NCBI GenBank assembly: GCA_038087875.1
Contig: CM075978.1
Location: forward strand, 108,066,001-108,130,000
Origin: Malacoraja senta
Taxonomy: Eukaryota
Direction of reading: 5' to 3'
DNA: 64,000 nucleotides
In this document: one piece after another, positions 22,109-34,596 of the stretch
Numbering within the stretch: position 1 is the first letter of the stretch
Layout of the letters: every line of letters begins with the position of its first letter
Notes under the pieces: model-generated
Told to the model about the DNA's origin: nothing
Databases searched by the model: none
What the model saw: the letters and a program-made list of their open reading frames with translations, nothing else
Program-made: the position numbers and the translations under genes

Positions 22109-24406
22109 ATCCCTAAGAGATACTCATCTAACAATATGAGACGTTTACTCAACATATTGCACTCGCACAAATCTGAAGAACAAGAATTATCAATTATTTC
22201 GCTGGATGCTGAAAAAGCATTTGACCAAGTAGAATGGAATTATATGGATAAAGTATTACAAAAATTCCAACTGGGAGAAAATTTTATTCTATGGATTAAA
22301 TTATTATATAATAAACCTACAGCTAGAATATTAACTAATAACATATTATCCTCGAAATTCCAACTATCAAGGGGAAATAGACAAGGATGCTCATTATCAC
22401 CACAGTTGTTTGCTCTCATTATTGAACCGCTAGCAGAAAAAATCAGAATACACCCTGATATCCATGGGTATAATACTAAATATTCATATAATAAAATATC
22501 TTTATACGCGGATGATATATTACTGTACATTACAAAACCTCAAATCACTATACCAAATATATTAAATTTAATTGAAGACTTTGGATCTTTTTCTGGATAT
22601 AGAATAAATTGGAATAAAAGTGAAATTATGTCAATAAAACCGAAAGATTCAACACATCTTTTAAAATTCCCTTTTAAAATAGCTACAGAAAAATTTAAAT
22701 ACTTGGGAATCGAAATTACTAGAACATATCAAGGTATGTTTAAGGCAAATTTTGATCCCCTACTTAATAAATTAAACACACTAATTAAATTCTGGAAAAC
22801 GCTCCCAATGTCTTTAATAGGCCGAATAAATGCAATAAAAATGATCTTTCTACCACAAATTTTATACCTATTTCAATCGATTCCTATATACTTACCAAAG
22901 AAGTAAAAAAAAAAACTGGACTCAGATATCACTAATTTTATATGGGACTATAAATCACATAGAATACAAAAAACTCACTTGAATAAACCTGAAGTATTAG
23001 TAAAAATATGATTCAACTGATGGATAACTCCGCCCAGCAAGTGGACTGGATTGTAATGGAGAAAGAGGATTGCTCCTCTGGAAACATTGGAGCGATCCTC
23101 CTCTCACCAATGAAACTGAATAATATAAATTATAATAAGAACCCAATTATCCATAGCACAATCCGAATTTGGAAACAAATAAAACAAAATTTAAAATTAA
23201 GAAATTTATCACTTTTATCACCCATAGTTAATAACCCTTCGTTTAATCCCTCTATTATAGATAAATCTTTTACACATTGGGATAGACTAGGAATTAAAAC
23301 GTTCGGTGACTTGTATGAAACTGGAAAATTACTTTCATTTCAACAATTACAAATAAAATATAAACTCGGAAATAATCAATATTTTAAATATTTTCAAATA
23401 TGCGACTATTTGAAAAAATATACAAAAGATCATTATAATAGCCCAGCAGATGTATTGGATGAGGCAATGCAGATAAAAGCTGAATCAGCAAACTTAAAAT
23501 CATATTTGTATAATATCATCTTAAATGTAGAAATACCATCTACGGAGGTTATCAGAAGAGACTGGGAACAAGAGTTAGCTATTAAAATTTCAAAGGAAAG
23601 TTGGAATGAACACTTATTAAACGTGCATAAATGTTCGATTAATGTAAGACACACTTTAATACAATTTAAAATTTTACATAGATTATATTATTCCAAAACT
23701 AAAATCCATAAAATTTTCCCAAATGTATCATCCATTTGTGATAAATGTCAATCCCAAGAAGCTACTATAGCGCACTCATTTGTTTTCTGTACAAAAATTC
23801 AAACATTTTGGAATTAAATTTTCGAAATCTTTACAAAATTATTTAAAATAAAACTGATACCCAAAGCAGAATGGATTATCTTCGGAATAACGGAAGATGG
23901 TCCAGAACTAAATGTGTTTCAAAAGAAACTAATAGACTATGGGTTAATAACTGGAGAAAAGCTAATCCTAAAATTTTGGAAGAAGGCTCCAATACCAACT
24001 ATAAACATGTGGATTTCAAATATGTTCGAAACATTACACCTAGAAGAGATAAGACTCCTCCTGGCAGGTAAACCAGATCACTTCCACCTGACGTGGTCTG
24101 CATTTATAGAATTATTACAAATATAGGGTGCAAAGGTACCTTAAAAAAAATTGAGGTCAGGTAATGGGGGATGATAGTTGGAGAGTTGGTATGTCCCATT
24201 TGCGTAATGCTCATAAAAACTATTTGTTTCTCTCTTTTTCCTCTTTCTCTTTCTCCTTCTTTTCTAGGTTCTATTTCTTAACTCTTTTTCTTTTGTTTTT
24301 AATTTTGTTCTTATAGGGTCTTCGTTCTTTCTTGTTGTCACATTTTCTACACTCTCACTTTTTCCTTCACTTTCTTCTTTCTTTCAATCTCATCCTTTCC
24401 TTTTAC
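22109..24406 (+). mobile_element. L1-clade LINE copy B inserted in DIRS-2 RT (5'- and 3'-truncated)
   Basis: SLDAEKAFD, RQGCSLSP, LYADD, FKYLGI, CDKC..HSFVFC; pyrimidine-rich 3'UTR without poly(A). Confidence 0.9.
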
Positions 24407-24666
24407 TTTGTGATAAGTCTCACCAGTTCAGCTTGTCCCTCACGTTTCTCTTTGACGGAGGGAGAAAATACCCTTTGGGGCCAATGTTGAACTGGCGGCG
24501 ATTGTTCTGACATGAACTGAATTTTATATCCACTAATGCTGTTGAGTATATACTTGTCACCCGTGACAGTAACCCATGCTTCTTTAAACAAGTGTAATCT
24601 CCCCCCTGTTAGTAAAGCACCCTTATTCTCTATATGCTGGCAGGAACCAGACCCACCTACCTCCAT
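24404..24666 (-). pseudogene. DIRS-2 pol N-terminus
   Basis: GGRLHLFKEAW..TGDKYILNSISGYKIQF is typical of a DIRS pol N-terminus; ATG 24666-24664 lies 2 nt after the gag stop. Confidence 0.8.
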
Positions 24667-24668
24667 GG

Positions 24669-25925
24669 TTATTGGTGTTTCTTTTGTTTCCTGATGTTTT
24701 TGTAGGCTTTGCTTGTCTGACGTGCTGGCGATGTTGGGGGGTGGCGCATTTTCCATGGGGTCCGCTGTGGGCCCTGATCTAAAAAAGATCTTTGGGGATA
24801 AAATGCGGTCCCCGAGCTTTCACCAGTCCCATATTGAGGATGTCGACTGGTGGATGCCATGGGGTGCTGCCGCTTGGGTATTGTAGGTCTTGGTTTGCTC
24901 GTCCCGGGGCCTGCCCTCATGAGGTCGAAAGTTTTCGCTGCTTCCTCCATGTCCCTCAGTTTTTTGTTGAGGTCTTTCCCAAATAACAGAGCGTCCGTCT
25001 CTGCAGCTGGGGCTCTGCATAACCCAGCAAATTTGGGATTGAGGGCAGGTCTTATGTTTTCCCGCCGGAGATTATTGATCTCAAATTGTGTGTTGCACAT
25101 CAGTGCCAGCACATCCTGCTGGCAGGTATCCATCTCCGTGCTTTCCACAGAACGAGCAAAGGCTGTAATGGCCGACGTCAGGAGCCTTAGGATCCGCTGT
25201 AGCTTTAGTTCATGGTTACGAATGTGTGACGCCACGTGCCCCCAGATCTGGCTGTTCACACTCTTCACTCTGAGGGCCTCACAGTTCTCTGGTGCTGTGT
25301 AAAGTTCGAGCGCCTCAAGAAGCACCTTCTCCTGCAAGGGCTTATTGGAAAGATGATTGATGCTGGCTGCCATTTTTGGTTCCAGCGGTCTTCCAGCACG
25401 TGGGGTTGCTACATAGCGGTCCACCACCCCCAGCAGCTCTTCCTGCTCCTGCACCCCTTGCATACTGCCGACCTCGTCCGCCAGCCCCTGTTCCAAACCA
25501 GCCCAACCCTGGTCACCCATGCTAACCTCCAGTAATGAGGGAGCAGAGGGCAGTGCACAAGACACTGTGGAGGAGTTGCCTGACCTACCTCCGCGAGAAC
25601 GCTCTTTCTGCATATCCCGCTGGAGCATCTGCTCCAAGAGCTGTTGTAAGCTCTGGCGGCTGTCTCTCCTCCGTTTAGGTGGAGACATGTCCCCATCCGA
25701 TGAATCGGAAATTACCGGCCGGTTACTTTTCCTCATGGATTTCCTCCCTGTCCGCTGTTCAGGCATTAGCGGGACTGGGCTTGGCTCGGTCTCGGGGATA
25801 GCGGAGCGCTCTATGTGCGTTCCCGCCGCCTGTTGCTGCCCCCTTCCTCTGGTGGAATTGAGCTGGGGACAGTTCTTTTGGAGAGTCTTTTCTTCAGTGT
25901 ACTCATTTTCTAAGAACACCCACAC
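24669..25925 (-). CDS. DIRS-2 gag-like ORF1 (probable frameshift near 5' end)
   Basis: 418-aa ORF with APENC..L..VN..IW and EINNLRRENIRPALNPKF..LC..LFG motifs; likely true ATG at 25906 is out of frame. Confidence 0.75.
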   Translation of the reverse strand: MWVFLENEYTEEKTLQKNCPQLNSTRGRGQQQAAGTHIERSAIPETEPSPVPLMPEQRTGRKSMRKSNRPVISDSSDGDMSPPKRRRDSRQSLQQLLEQMLQRDMQKERSRGGRSGNSSTVSCALPSAPSLLEVSMGDQGWAGLEQGLADEVGSMQGVQEQEELLGVVDRYVATPRAGRPLEPKMAASINHLSNKPLQEKVLLEALELYTAPENCEALRVKSVNSQIWGHVASHIRNHELKLQRILRLLTSAITAFARSVESTEMDTCQQDVLALMCNTQFEINNLRRENIRPALNPKFAGLCRAPAAETDALLFGKDLNKKLRDMEEAAKTFDLMRAGPGTSKPRPTIPKRQHPMASTSRHPQYGTGESSGTAFYPQRSFLDQGPQRTPWKMRHPPTSPARQTSKAYKNIRKQKKHQ

Positions 25926-26351
25926 TACGACTCTCCTTCTCCGTTAGACTACTTCTGTATACTTACCCAACGGTCCGTTTTTTTAAACTGCAGCCGGAGA
26001 GCCTTCCTCCAGCTGCCGCCGCTGTTGCACTGCGTAATGCCGCGCCTGCGTACTGAGCGGGTTCTTCACGTAGTCACTCACGTGACTCCGCAGTAAAATT
26101 TAAAAATTCTGGGTTTGGGCGAAAAATGATTAAGAACATAAAAAAGCATCGACTTGTGGTGAGGGAGAATCTCCTTTCTGCTTCACTTTCTTACTTATTT
26201 CTTTTCTTTACTTCACACTCACTAGACTTCTCTTTACTCTTCACTACTTCTTTCTTTCTCATTTCTTTCTAAAAAAAAATTTTAAAAAAGGAAGTTGTAC
26301 ATAGAATGTTTTAATAATTCCGGGAACCTGTAAAAAGGTACCATCAAAACG

Positions 26352-26568
26352 TTTCTTAACTCTTTCTTTTTGTTTTTAATTTCTTTCTTATAGGGTCTTT
26401 GTTTTTTGTTTTTGTTTTTTGTTGTCACGTTTTTTACACTTTCACTTTTTTCCTTCACTTTCTTCTTTCTCTCAATCTCATCCTTTCCCTTTATTAGTGT
26501 AGAAAATAAACAGAGTACATTAATTGTAATAAGATATATGTGATGAGTACTAGTGTAATTGGTTGTAA
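26352..26568 (+). mobile_element. Short L1 3'UTR fragment of the copy-B type
   Basis: 26352-26490 closely matches 24270-24405 and continues beyond the point where copy B stops. Confidence 0.65.
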
Positions 26569-26702
26569 NNNNNNNNNNNNNNNNNNNNNNNNNNNNNNNN
26601 NNNNNNNNNNNNNNNNNNNNNNNNNNNNNNNNNNNNNNNNNNNNNNNNNNNNNNNNNNNNNNNNNNNNNNNNNNNNNNNNNNNNNNNNNNNNNNNNNNNN
26701 NN
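26569..26702. other. Assembly gap (134 N)
   Basis: N run. Confidence 1.
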
Positions 26703-26894
26703 CTTGTAGCTGTCTGCAATCTCCTGACATGTTTGTTCCTCTGATTCCCATTGACTCTTTGGGGGCCTGTCATTCACTTCCAACAAGGTGACCACTCCCT
26801 TTTTATTTCTCAGCGCCACCATATAGTTTCACTAGACAATCCCTCAGGAATGCCATCTTGGACTACTGCCATGATGTTCTCCTTCATCAACAAA

Positions 26895-27308
26895 GCATGT
26901 ACACCTCATGTTGCTTCGGCAAGGCCACCAGCATAATCAAGGACGAGTCAAATTCGGGCCACTACCTCTTCTCCCCTCTCCCATCGCGCAAAAGGTGTAG
27001 AAGTGTGAAAACGCACACCTCCAGATTCAGGGACAGTTTCTTCCCAGCTATCATCAGGCAACTGAACCATCCTACCAACAACTAGAGAGCAGTCCTGAAC
27101 TACTATCTACCTCATTGGAGACCCTCAGAATATCTTTGATCAGACTTTACAGGCTTTATCTTGCACTGAACACTTATTAACTTTATCCGTACACTGTGGA
27201 TGGCTCGATTGTAATCATGTCTTGTCTTTCCGCTGACTGGTTAGCATGCAAGAAAAGCTTTCTCTCTGTGCCTCAGTACACGTGACAATAAACTAAACTC
27301 AAACTCAA
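26895..27308 (+). mobile_element. Rex1/Babar LINE 3' end
   Basis: KATSIIKD..HYLFSPLPS.KR.RSVKTHTSRFRDSFFPAIIRQLN*, then GTGACAATAAACTAAACTC tail. Confidence 0.7.
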
Positions 27309-29729
27309 CATATCTCTGCACCCTTCCCCAGTCTACAACCCACTCTGGCTTTTGATGGACCTCTCACTTCCTTTGCCCTGCCCATGGTACCTTTGACAGC
27401 TGCCCTTCATGTCATGGAATTCCCTAACTAAACCTCACCTTCTTGTGAAACTTTCAGTAAGTGAGAGCCACTGCTTGCATCTCCCCCAACCAATGGTTAT
27501 CAATAGATTTCTGATGCCCTCCAGTACAGTGGATTGGTGATATCCATGTTTCAATGTGACGTGGCCACATATGGAAGGGGATGTTCTTCAAAAATTGGAA
27601 AGTTCTTGCAGGGTTCAACACACTAGATGGTTCATCCGACTGAGGAGTGCAGGACCAAGAGTCTTGGAATCTAAATAAGGAGGAGGCCAGTTGAAATTGA
27701 GATGCAGAGAATATTTTTTTCATTCAGAGGATGGTTAATCTTTCTAATACTCCATCCCAGAAGGTTGTGGAGGCTTAGCCACTGAGCTCATACAAATCAC
27801 AGATTTCTGGATATTATGGGAATCAAGGGATATGGGAACAGTTCAAAAACTAGAGCAGAGGTAAAGGATCAGCCATAATAACGATGGTGGAACAGCTCTA
27901 GGCTTCGCATGTCCTACTCCGGCTTCTAATTGTGTACCTATTCCTGGCACCCCCAATAGCCATGTAACCAAATTAATGTACCATTGCTTTCCCCTCTTTA
28001 TCCAACAAGTCAAGAAGAAATGCAAGAGCACATGTTTTCTGGAGACTAATAAAAATAGACTACAGGGTACAAAATTAAAATCATAAAAATGCTGAAAAGC
28101 TGGAAAGGTGAAATAAAAACTTAAAATGTGGACCAGAAATATTAGCTCTGGTTCTTCCACAGATGCTGCCCCAAGTTCCAAGTCTTTATCTGCTTTTATA
28201 TCAGGCTGAAGAACACCACAGCTTCAGGTTACCCACAAAACGCTGCAGGGTGCATTAGACATGTAAAGTTGTATGTCAAACAGGTAAAGGAGGTGTCAAT
28301 ATATTAACTTACACTGGGTCTGAGTGTGTCAACGGGTTCCCAATTATGTTCAAGAAGCCTTGTCAGAAGAGTCTCAATCTAAAATCTAACAAAGGTTCAA
28401 AAGCCTCAATCTAAACTTGTTTGGGCCAGGACATGCAATCTTTTGGGGAAGAGGAGGGCAAGAAAATATCATCGTAGCAGGAGTCACAAGCTCCCAAGTG
28501 AAGGGGAGATATTTGCTTTCAGAGTTGTGTGGTTTTCAGTGAAATTTATACTTTATTATAATACAGTTAAATGAAAAGTAGGCTAATTCAGCAGTACGAG
28601 CTGGTGGGATTCCTCCTCAATCTCTACTAGTGCAATCTCTACTAGTGCCAGGTCCTGGAGCAACTACAGGCTGTTTTCTTTGCCCTATGATGGAATTACT
28701 GCCGACCTTACCCAATGCCGAATGTTCCTTTCATTCTGCAACTTCTGATCAGAATCGGCATGGCCATTCTGAGTTCAGATCCAAGGAGGAATTTCCCCAC
28801 ATTGATTGAGACTGTCTGAAATCAGTCCTTGGACTTTGCATGCAGTGGTTTTTGAATACCCTCTCTTCCAAACCAACTTCATTTTTCGTAGATGCACAAA
28901 TATTGCCTTCCTTTCGCCATTGTAGAAAGGTTCCCGCTGAGTTTCCTTCCAGGGACTTTATACTGTAGGATTAATTTTGTAGAATCATTGAATCAGCCCA
29001 TTTTGCCCACATTTTCTGTGATGGCTCTTTGGAAGAATTAGCCAATTAGTCCCAATCTCTCCGCTCTCTTGCCCCTGCCATGAAATATTTGTTTTCCAAC
29101 TATTTATCCCATTGTTTCCATCAAATTTGTTTCCACCCCTCTTCCACATCACAACTATTTGGTGTATTAACAAAAAAATCTCAGTTCCTCCTACTGTATA
29201 TGTTGCCTACAGAATGTGACTCAATTTAATAGCACAGCAAGCACTGGTATCTCCCACAGGATGTAATTATTTTACATGGGTTTCAAAATTCCTGCCCATG
29301 GTGAATTTTCTGAAGTAAAATAATTATTGCAATCAACTATTAATATGGTCATTCACTGTGCAATTGTGATGGTTGATGTTATTCATAGGATGTATGGCTC
29401 AGAAAGGTTGATTTAGTTTAACTTGTCCCATCAAGGGTCTTTGCTTGAGAGGTTTTCTCCCGACCCCTCTTCATTCAATACAATCAGGAGTCAAGTAATC
29501 AGAGAATACGACACTGAATAAGGACTCTACACATTGCAGCGGAAGCTTTATTTCTGTAAAAGCAGCAAGATTATGGAGTGAATTAGCACGGAATGGACAT
29601 AATTTCAAGAAACAACAGGAGATGGATTACTGAGAGCAAGGATTAAGGGAGAGTGCGAGTTACTGTATTGCTCTCTGAAAAATGTGCATTGTTGGGCTTC
29701 AAAATCTAATCTTTTTCAATGAAAAAGGT

Positions 29730-30110
29730 TTAGAGTTAGAATCAGTTTTGTTATTGTCATGTGTACTGAGGTGGAGTGAAAAGTTTTGTTTTGCATGCTA
29801 TTCAACCAGATCAGATAATACTATACATACTGTAAATACAGTCAAGTCAAACTCAAGTACAATAGATAGAGCAAAGGGGAAGATTCAAAGTGCAGAATAT
29901 AGTTCTCAGCATTGTAACACATCCATTCCATAGACCAAGTCCAACGTCCGCAATGGGGTAGTAGAGAATCGGACAGAACTCCAGCTTATGGAAATTCTGA
30001 AGCCTGATAACAAAGGGGTAGAAGCTGTTCCTGAGTCTGGTGGTGCGCACTTTCAAGCTTCTGTACCTTCTGCCCGATTGGAGCAGGGAGAAGGAATGTC
30101 CAGTGTGGGA
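29730..30110 (-). mobile_element. Rex1/Babar LINE 3' end
   Basis: HSFSLLQSGRRYRSLKVRTTRLRNSFYP.VIRL translation and Rex1-type 3'UTR. Confidence 0.65.
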
Positions 30111-33100
30111 CAATAAGTAACCAAGGGTAGAAGACATTGCACTCAGCGGTTTTTCCTTGTCTTTTACTTGTGTAGAGGCATCTTGAGTCTTCTTATTGTG
30201 CCTTTCACAGCCTCAGGACATAGAGTAATACAGTACAGGAAAAGATCCACCATGTCCGTGCTGATGTACTGTACCTATCTGGACTAATTCCTTTCACCAG
30301 CACTTGGTCTGTAGCCTCCAATGCCATGTCCAAATGGTTCTTAAATATTGTGAGAATACCTGCCTCCGGCACCTCCTCAGTCAGTGCATTCCATATTGCA
30401 ACCACCTAAAATAACTCAAGGCATGTTACAAACTATGAAGTGGCTGGCATGTAGTTGTCCTTGTAACGTGGCAAATAATTCTGTCCTCACAAACTCCCAC
30501 AGACACCAGCCTTTCCTTTTGTGGTGATGGATGAGTGTTGATTAGGATACCTGAAAGAAGCCCCTTGAGATATATTCAGGGAATCTTTAACTGACATGCT
30601 AGAGAGCAGGTGGAGCATTGGTTTAATGTTTCCTTGAAAAGACTGTGCCTTTGGTAACGGTGCTCTCTGGAGTGGGACTTGAATGCACAAGTAGTGGGCT
30701 CAAAAGCAAGGCATAGCGCACCGAGTCACGACAAGGACAACATTTAAACGAAATTAGCACGTTGCTGGCTTTGCTGGAAAGGAATGTCATGCTCAACAGA
30801 AATGGAAAATAAATAAAGCCACAGATGCTGGAATTTGAAACAAAAATAGAAAGGCTGGAAGAATTCAGCAGTCAGTCATCGAAAGAGAAACCAGTTAATG
30901 TTTTGGGTTAAGGGAGTCTTTCCTCAGAATTGGTTCTGAGGAAGTGTCCTTGATCTGCAAACGTTACTGGCTTCTCTTTTCACTAATGCTTCTTGACTAG
31001 TTGAATTCTTTCAGCATTTCCATTTTTGCTTTCACGACACACTCAGTCGTGCCACAGTAAGAGAAGGAGGCAACAACATTGAAGGGATCTGCTGCAACTC
31101 AGAGGGAAAGCTTGTAGTTCCGAGTCAGCTGACTTTGAGGTTAAGTGCTTCTCATGTTGAACACTCAAATGCAATACCCAGAAATTGGAACATCCACTTG
31201 AGTCATAAGATTTTAGGGTGTTGGAATAATGGGATAGTTCTCCTGATATCCTGCCAACCAACCTCGCCAATGGATCTGTTTGTTGTTATCACATTGCCGG
31301 CCGCGGGATTATTCTATGAATGAGCCGATTACCAACATTTGAGAAGCCCTGTACTATACGCCCAATGGCTGCCATGAGGTTGTTGGAAATGCAAGCTCAT
31401 TCTTTACTCTTAGCGTCACTACTGGCCACTAGTGGCTCAGGGCGGTCCACAGATCTTCGCACACTGCACCCTTGAACAGGGTAACAGTGCGTATGCAAAG
31501 GTGTTGGTCAGAAGAAGAGAACAATGTCAAATGGTCACTTATCAAAAGCACTACTACATAGCAGAAGGCCTTGGAAAATCATTTCTGGTAGACGTGAGCT
31601 CCAACTCCAATACAAGAATACTTTATTATATGCTTCGTTACAATCCGCACCCTTTGGCTATATACAGTTAATAACTTTATGAGCGTGATATATATCAAAG
31701 AGAAACCAAAAACTTGACAAGTTTTAATAACCTGATGCAAGGAACCAAATTATCCTGGAACAATCCAAAGTGAAGTCATGCACTGATATAAGCAGAATGC
31801 CAAGAGAGAGAGGCAATGGAAAACATGAGATTTGGCGGTCAGTGGCAGGGATTTGGTGGGATAGTGGGTTGTCGAGGGGAACATTCTCCAAACCACAACC
31901 TCCAGATTGCAAGCTGCCAGGGGAAGTTATCTGGTCTAATTAAGTTCCTTCTAGTTACTGGCTGAAGACAAAAGAGACTGCTGATGCTGGAATCTGGGAT
32001 ATAAAAACAGGAGCAAGAAACAAACTGCCAGAGGAACTCAAACTGAAGAAGGTCCAGATGCAAAATGTTATCTGCCCAATTTCCTCCACAAATACTGCAT
32101 GACCTGTTGAGTTTCTCCAGCAGTTTGTTTTTCGCTCAAGATTCCAGCATTTGTAGACACTTGTGTCTCCATATAAAGATAGAACACTGGAAGATCCCAG
32201 CAGGTCAATTGGAATCTGCAGACGCAAAAGATGTTTCAGGTCGAGATTGTGCCTCAGGAGTCTTAATGCAGGCTCTTAAACCGAAATGTTGGCTTGCGAT
32301 TTTTGTGTCCGCAGATGCTGATTAACCTGCAGAGTTCTACCATTGTTCCGCTTTTATTTACAGGCTGGTTTGTTTAGCAAAGGGGATAGGGAGCTGCTTC
32401 TAAGACTGGATAAGATTTGTTCTGATATTGAATCGGAGATGCCAAAACTCTAGTGTCAACCTCTTGAGCAGATTAATGGGGATGTCAATAAACTGCTAGA
32501 TGTGGCTTGCGCGACCTCCATAAAAGGGTCACCTAGCCAACAAATAGAAGTCTGCTTTACACTACACCACTGCTATTTACAGCCTACAGCAAACAAAATT
32601 CGGCAAATGTATTTGCTAAGGAAGATGGAGTAAGAACACAGATTGGTTTAACTCACAGAACACTGTTTGAGCCTTTTTGATAGTTTATTTGCCTAACATT
32701 AAACAAAAAAATAAAGACTAGGGTTTGTTCGGCCAAGTTTCGCTTTCAAATTTCGATATTACTTCAGTGTAAACAAATAAATAAATTATTTACAGTCTTT
32801 GGCAAAATTCACTGCTTCCCACAAACATTTTTTAAAGAATGCGAGAGAGAGAGAGGGGGGGGGGGGGGAGAGAGAGAGAGAGAGACAGACAGAAAGAGAG
32901 GCAGAGAGAAAGAGGTAAAACTATAAATAAATTAAATAGGAAAATATGTTACAATCTAAATATTCACATCTTTTCCCCTCCCCAACTGCAAATGCCATTT
33001 CTTTTATCCTCGAACAACATTCGAACTAAGTTGACCTGTTGAACTGTTGGGACTATCTTCATCCAGAATTAGGTGGTGGGGGAAAGGAATGTATCAGGAG

Positions 33101-34596
33101 AGAGGGAGAGGGGCAGGTGACAGGAATTAATCAGTTGCTTCTTGTCTGACAGACATTGGTAAACACTGAAATAGCCCGCAATGTGTGCAATATCCAGAAC
33201 AGTGATTTTCAAAAATGATATGCAATATGTAGAATATATCTCTCTGTGTGCATATATTCAGAATAAGCAGATACATTATTAGTTGTTGCTTGCTTTGCCC
33301 CTATCCCCTTAATATCAGTCATACCTTTTACTCAGTTAGTGCTGGCCACATGAAGAAGCAACTAACATGCCAGTGAAGGATTAAATGGTAAAGAGAGAGT
33401 ACCTGCTGAATACCATCACTTGCAATAGTTGTAATGCCAAAATACCTGGAAGCTTCTATGTACAGACAGTGAAATGTGATAGAAAAAGTTATAAACAAAG
33501 TGGTTTTAAAACTTTTTTTTTGTAATTCATTCTTGTTTCCCAAAAAAATGTCATTTTAAACATCGTTCAATCAGATTCTTTTCTTTAAAATAGAAACAGT
33601 CTGCTAATTGATTTCCATGACATCAGAAAACAAATGGGGCAGACTCATATCTTAGCAGTATAAGTTTGTTAAATGTTCACTAATCCCGCTATCTAGGTAT
33701 AGTGATGGTGTGAGATTCGTTGAGATCCAGTCAGCTTCCAGCCGGTGTGGTCTCAGTTGCTGCATTTGGGTGGGGCCATCCATAGAGGCAATGTGCACGG
33801 AGCGAGGTGGGGTCACCACAGTCAACTGAAGGGGCAGTGGAGTGGAGGTGAGGGGCCATCAGGGAAAGAGAGAGCAGTGAAAGAGTGGGCGGGAGTCGAG
33901 ACGGCAGTCTGATTGAGGTGACGAGGCTGCGCAGCATGTTCGAGGATCCATGATGTGTGTTGCAGGCACTTCTCAGTTATCTGTGGACACAGAACATCAC
34001 ATCACTTACACACTGCACTTCCTGCAACAGAAGAGGCCATTCAGCCTCATTAAGCATTGAACATTCCCATCTGTCCCATTCCTCCACTTGCTTCCTAATA
34101 ACATTCTCTTTCACTAGACCATTACATTCCTACACCCCCTCTCCCCCCACATTCTCATGCCACCCACCAACACTAGGGGCAATTTAAGATGGCCGATTAG
34201 CCTACCATCTGCAATGCCTTTGGGATGTGGGACAAACTGGAGCATGCAGCGGAACCCCAAATTCCACACAGACAGCACCGGAGGTCAGGATGCACCTGGT
34301 TTGCTGGAGCTGTAAGATTGCAGCACTACCTGCTGCACTCTGAAATATTACCCTGTCCGCAGACATTGTCTGACCTGTTGAATATTTCCAGTATTCCCTG
34401 CTTGGTGACAAGGAACACATTTGGCCTAGGTCACTCATGCTAGAAGCATGAAGCAAAAGTGGGCCTTCTGAAATTTAGCTTCTTGACTTCAGTGGAGTCA
34501 AGTTTGAAAAGCAGGGAACAATGTCTGACCTCTACTTAATGCCAGGACAGAACTCCTAACACGCTTGCTTTCGTTTCTCAGGGGGCATCAGCCCAT

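Larger units (their letters stand above)
19093..26099 (-). mobile_element. DIRS1-type retrotransposon DIRS-2 (gag, RT, RNase H, Dam-like MT, tyrosine recombinase), interrupted by L1 copy B
   Basis: Termini nearly identical to DIRS-1; ITRs ~19170-19205 / 26037-26072; ICR 19324-19436; domain order gag-RT-RH-MT-YR. Confidence 0.95.

Noticed and set aside
28310-28380. Short minus-strand open segment flanked by AG and GTAAGT
   Set aside because: Translation shows no similarity to thrombospondin or any family I recognise; expected by chance.
31425-31436. Palindrome GCCACTAGTGGC as a CTCF site
   Set aside because: Only a partial fit to the CTCF consensus; a single 12-bp palindrome is weak evidence.
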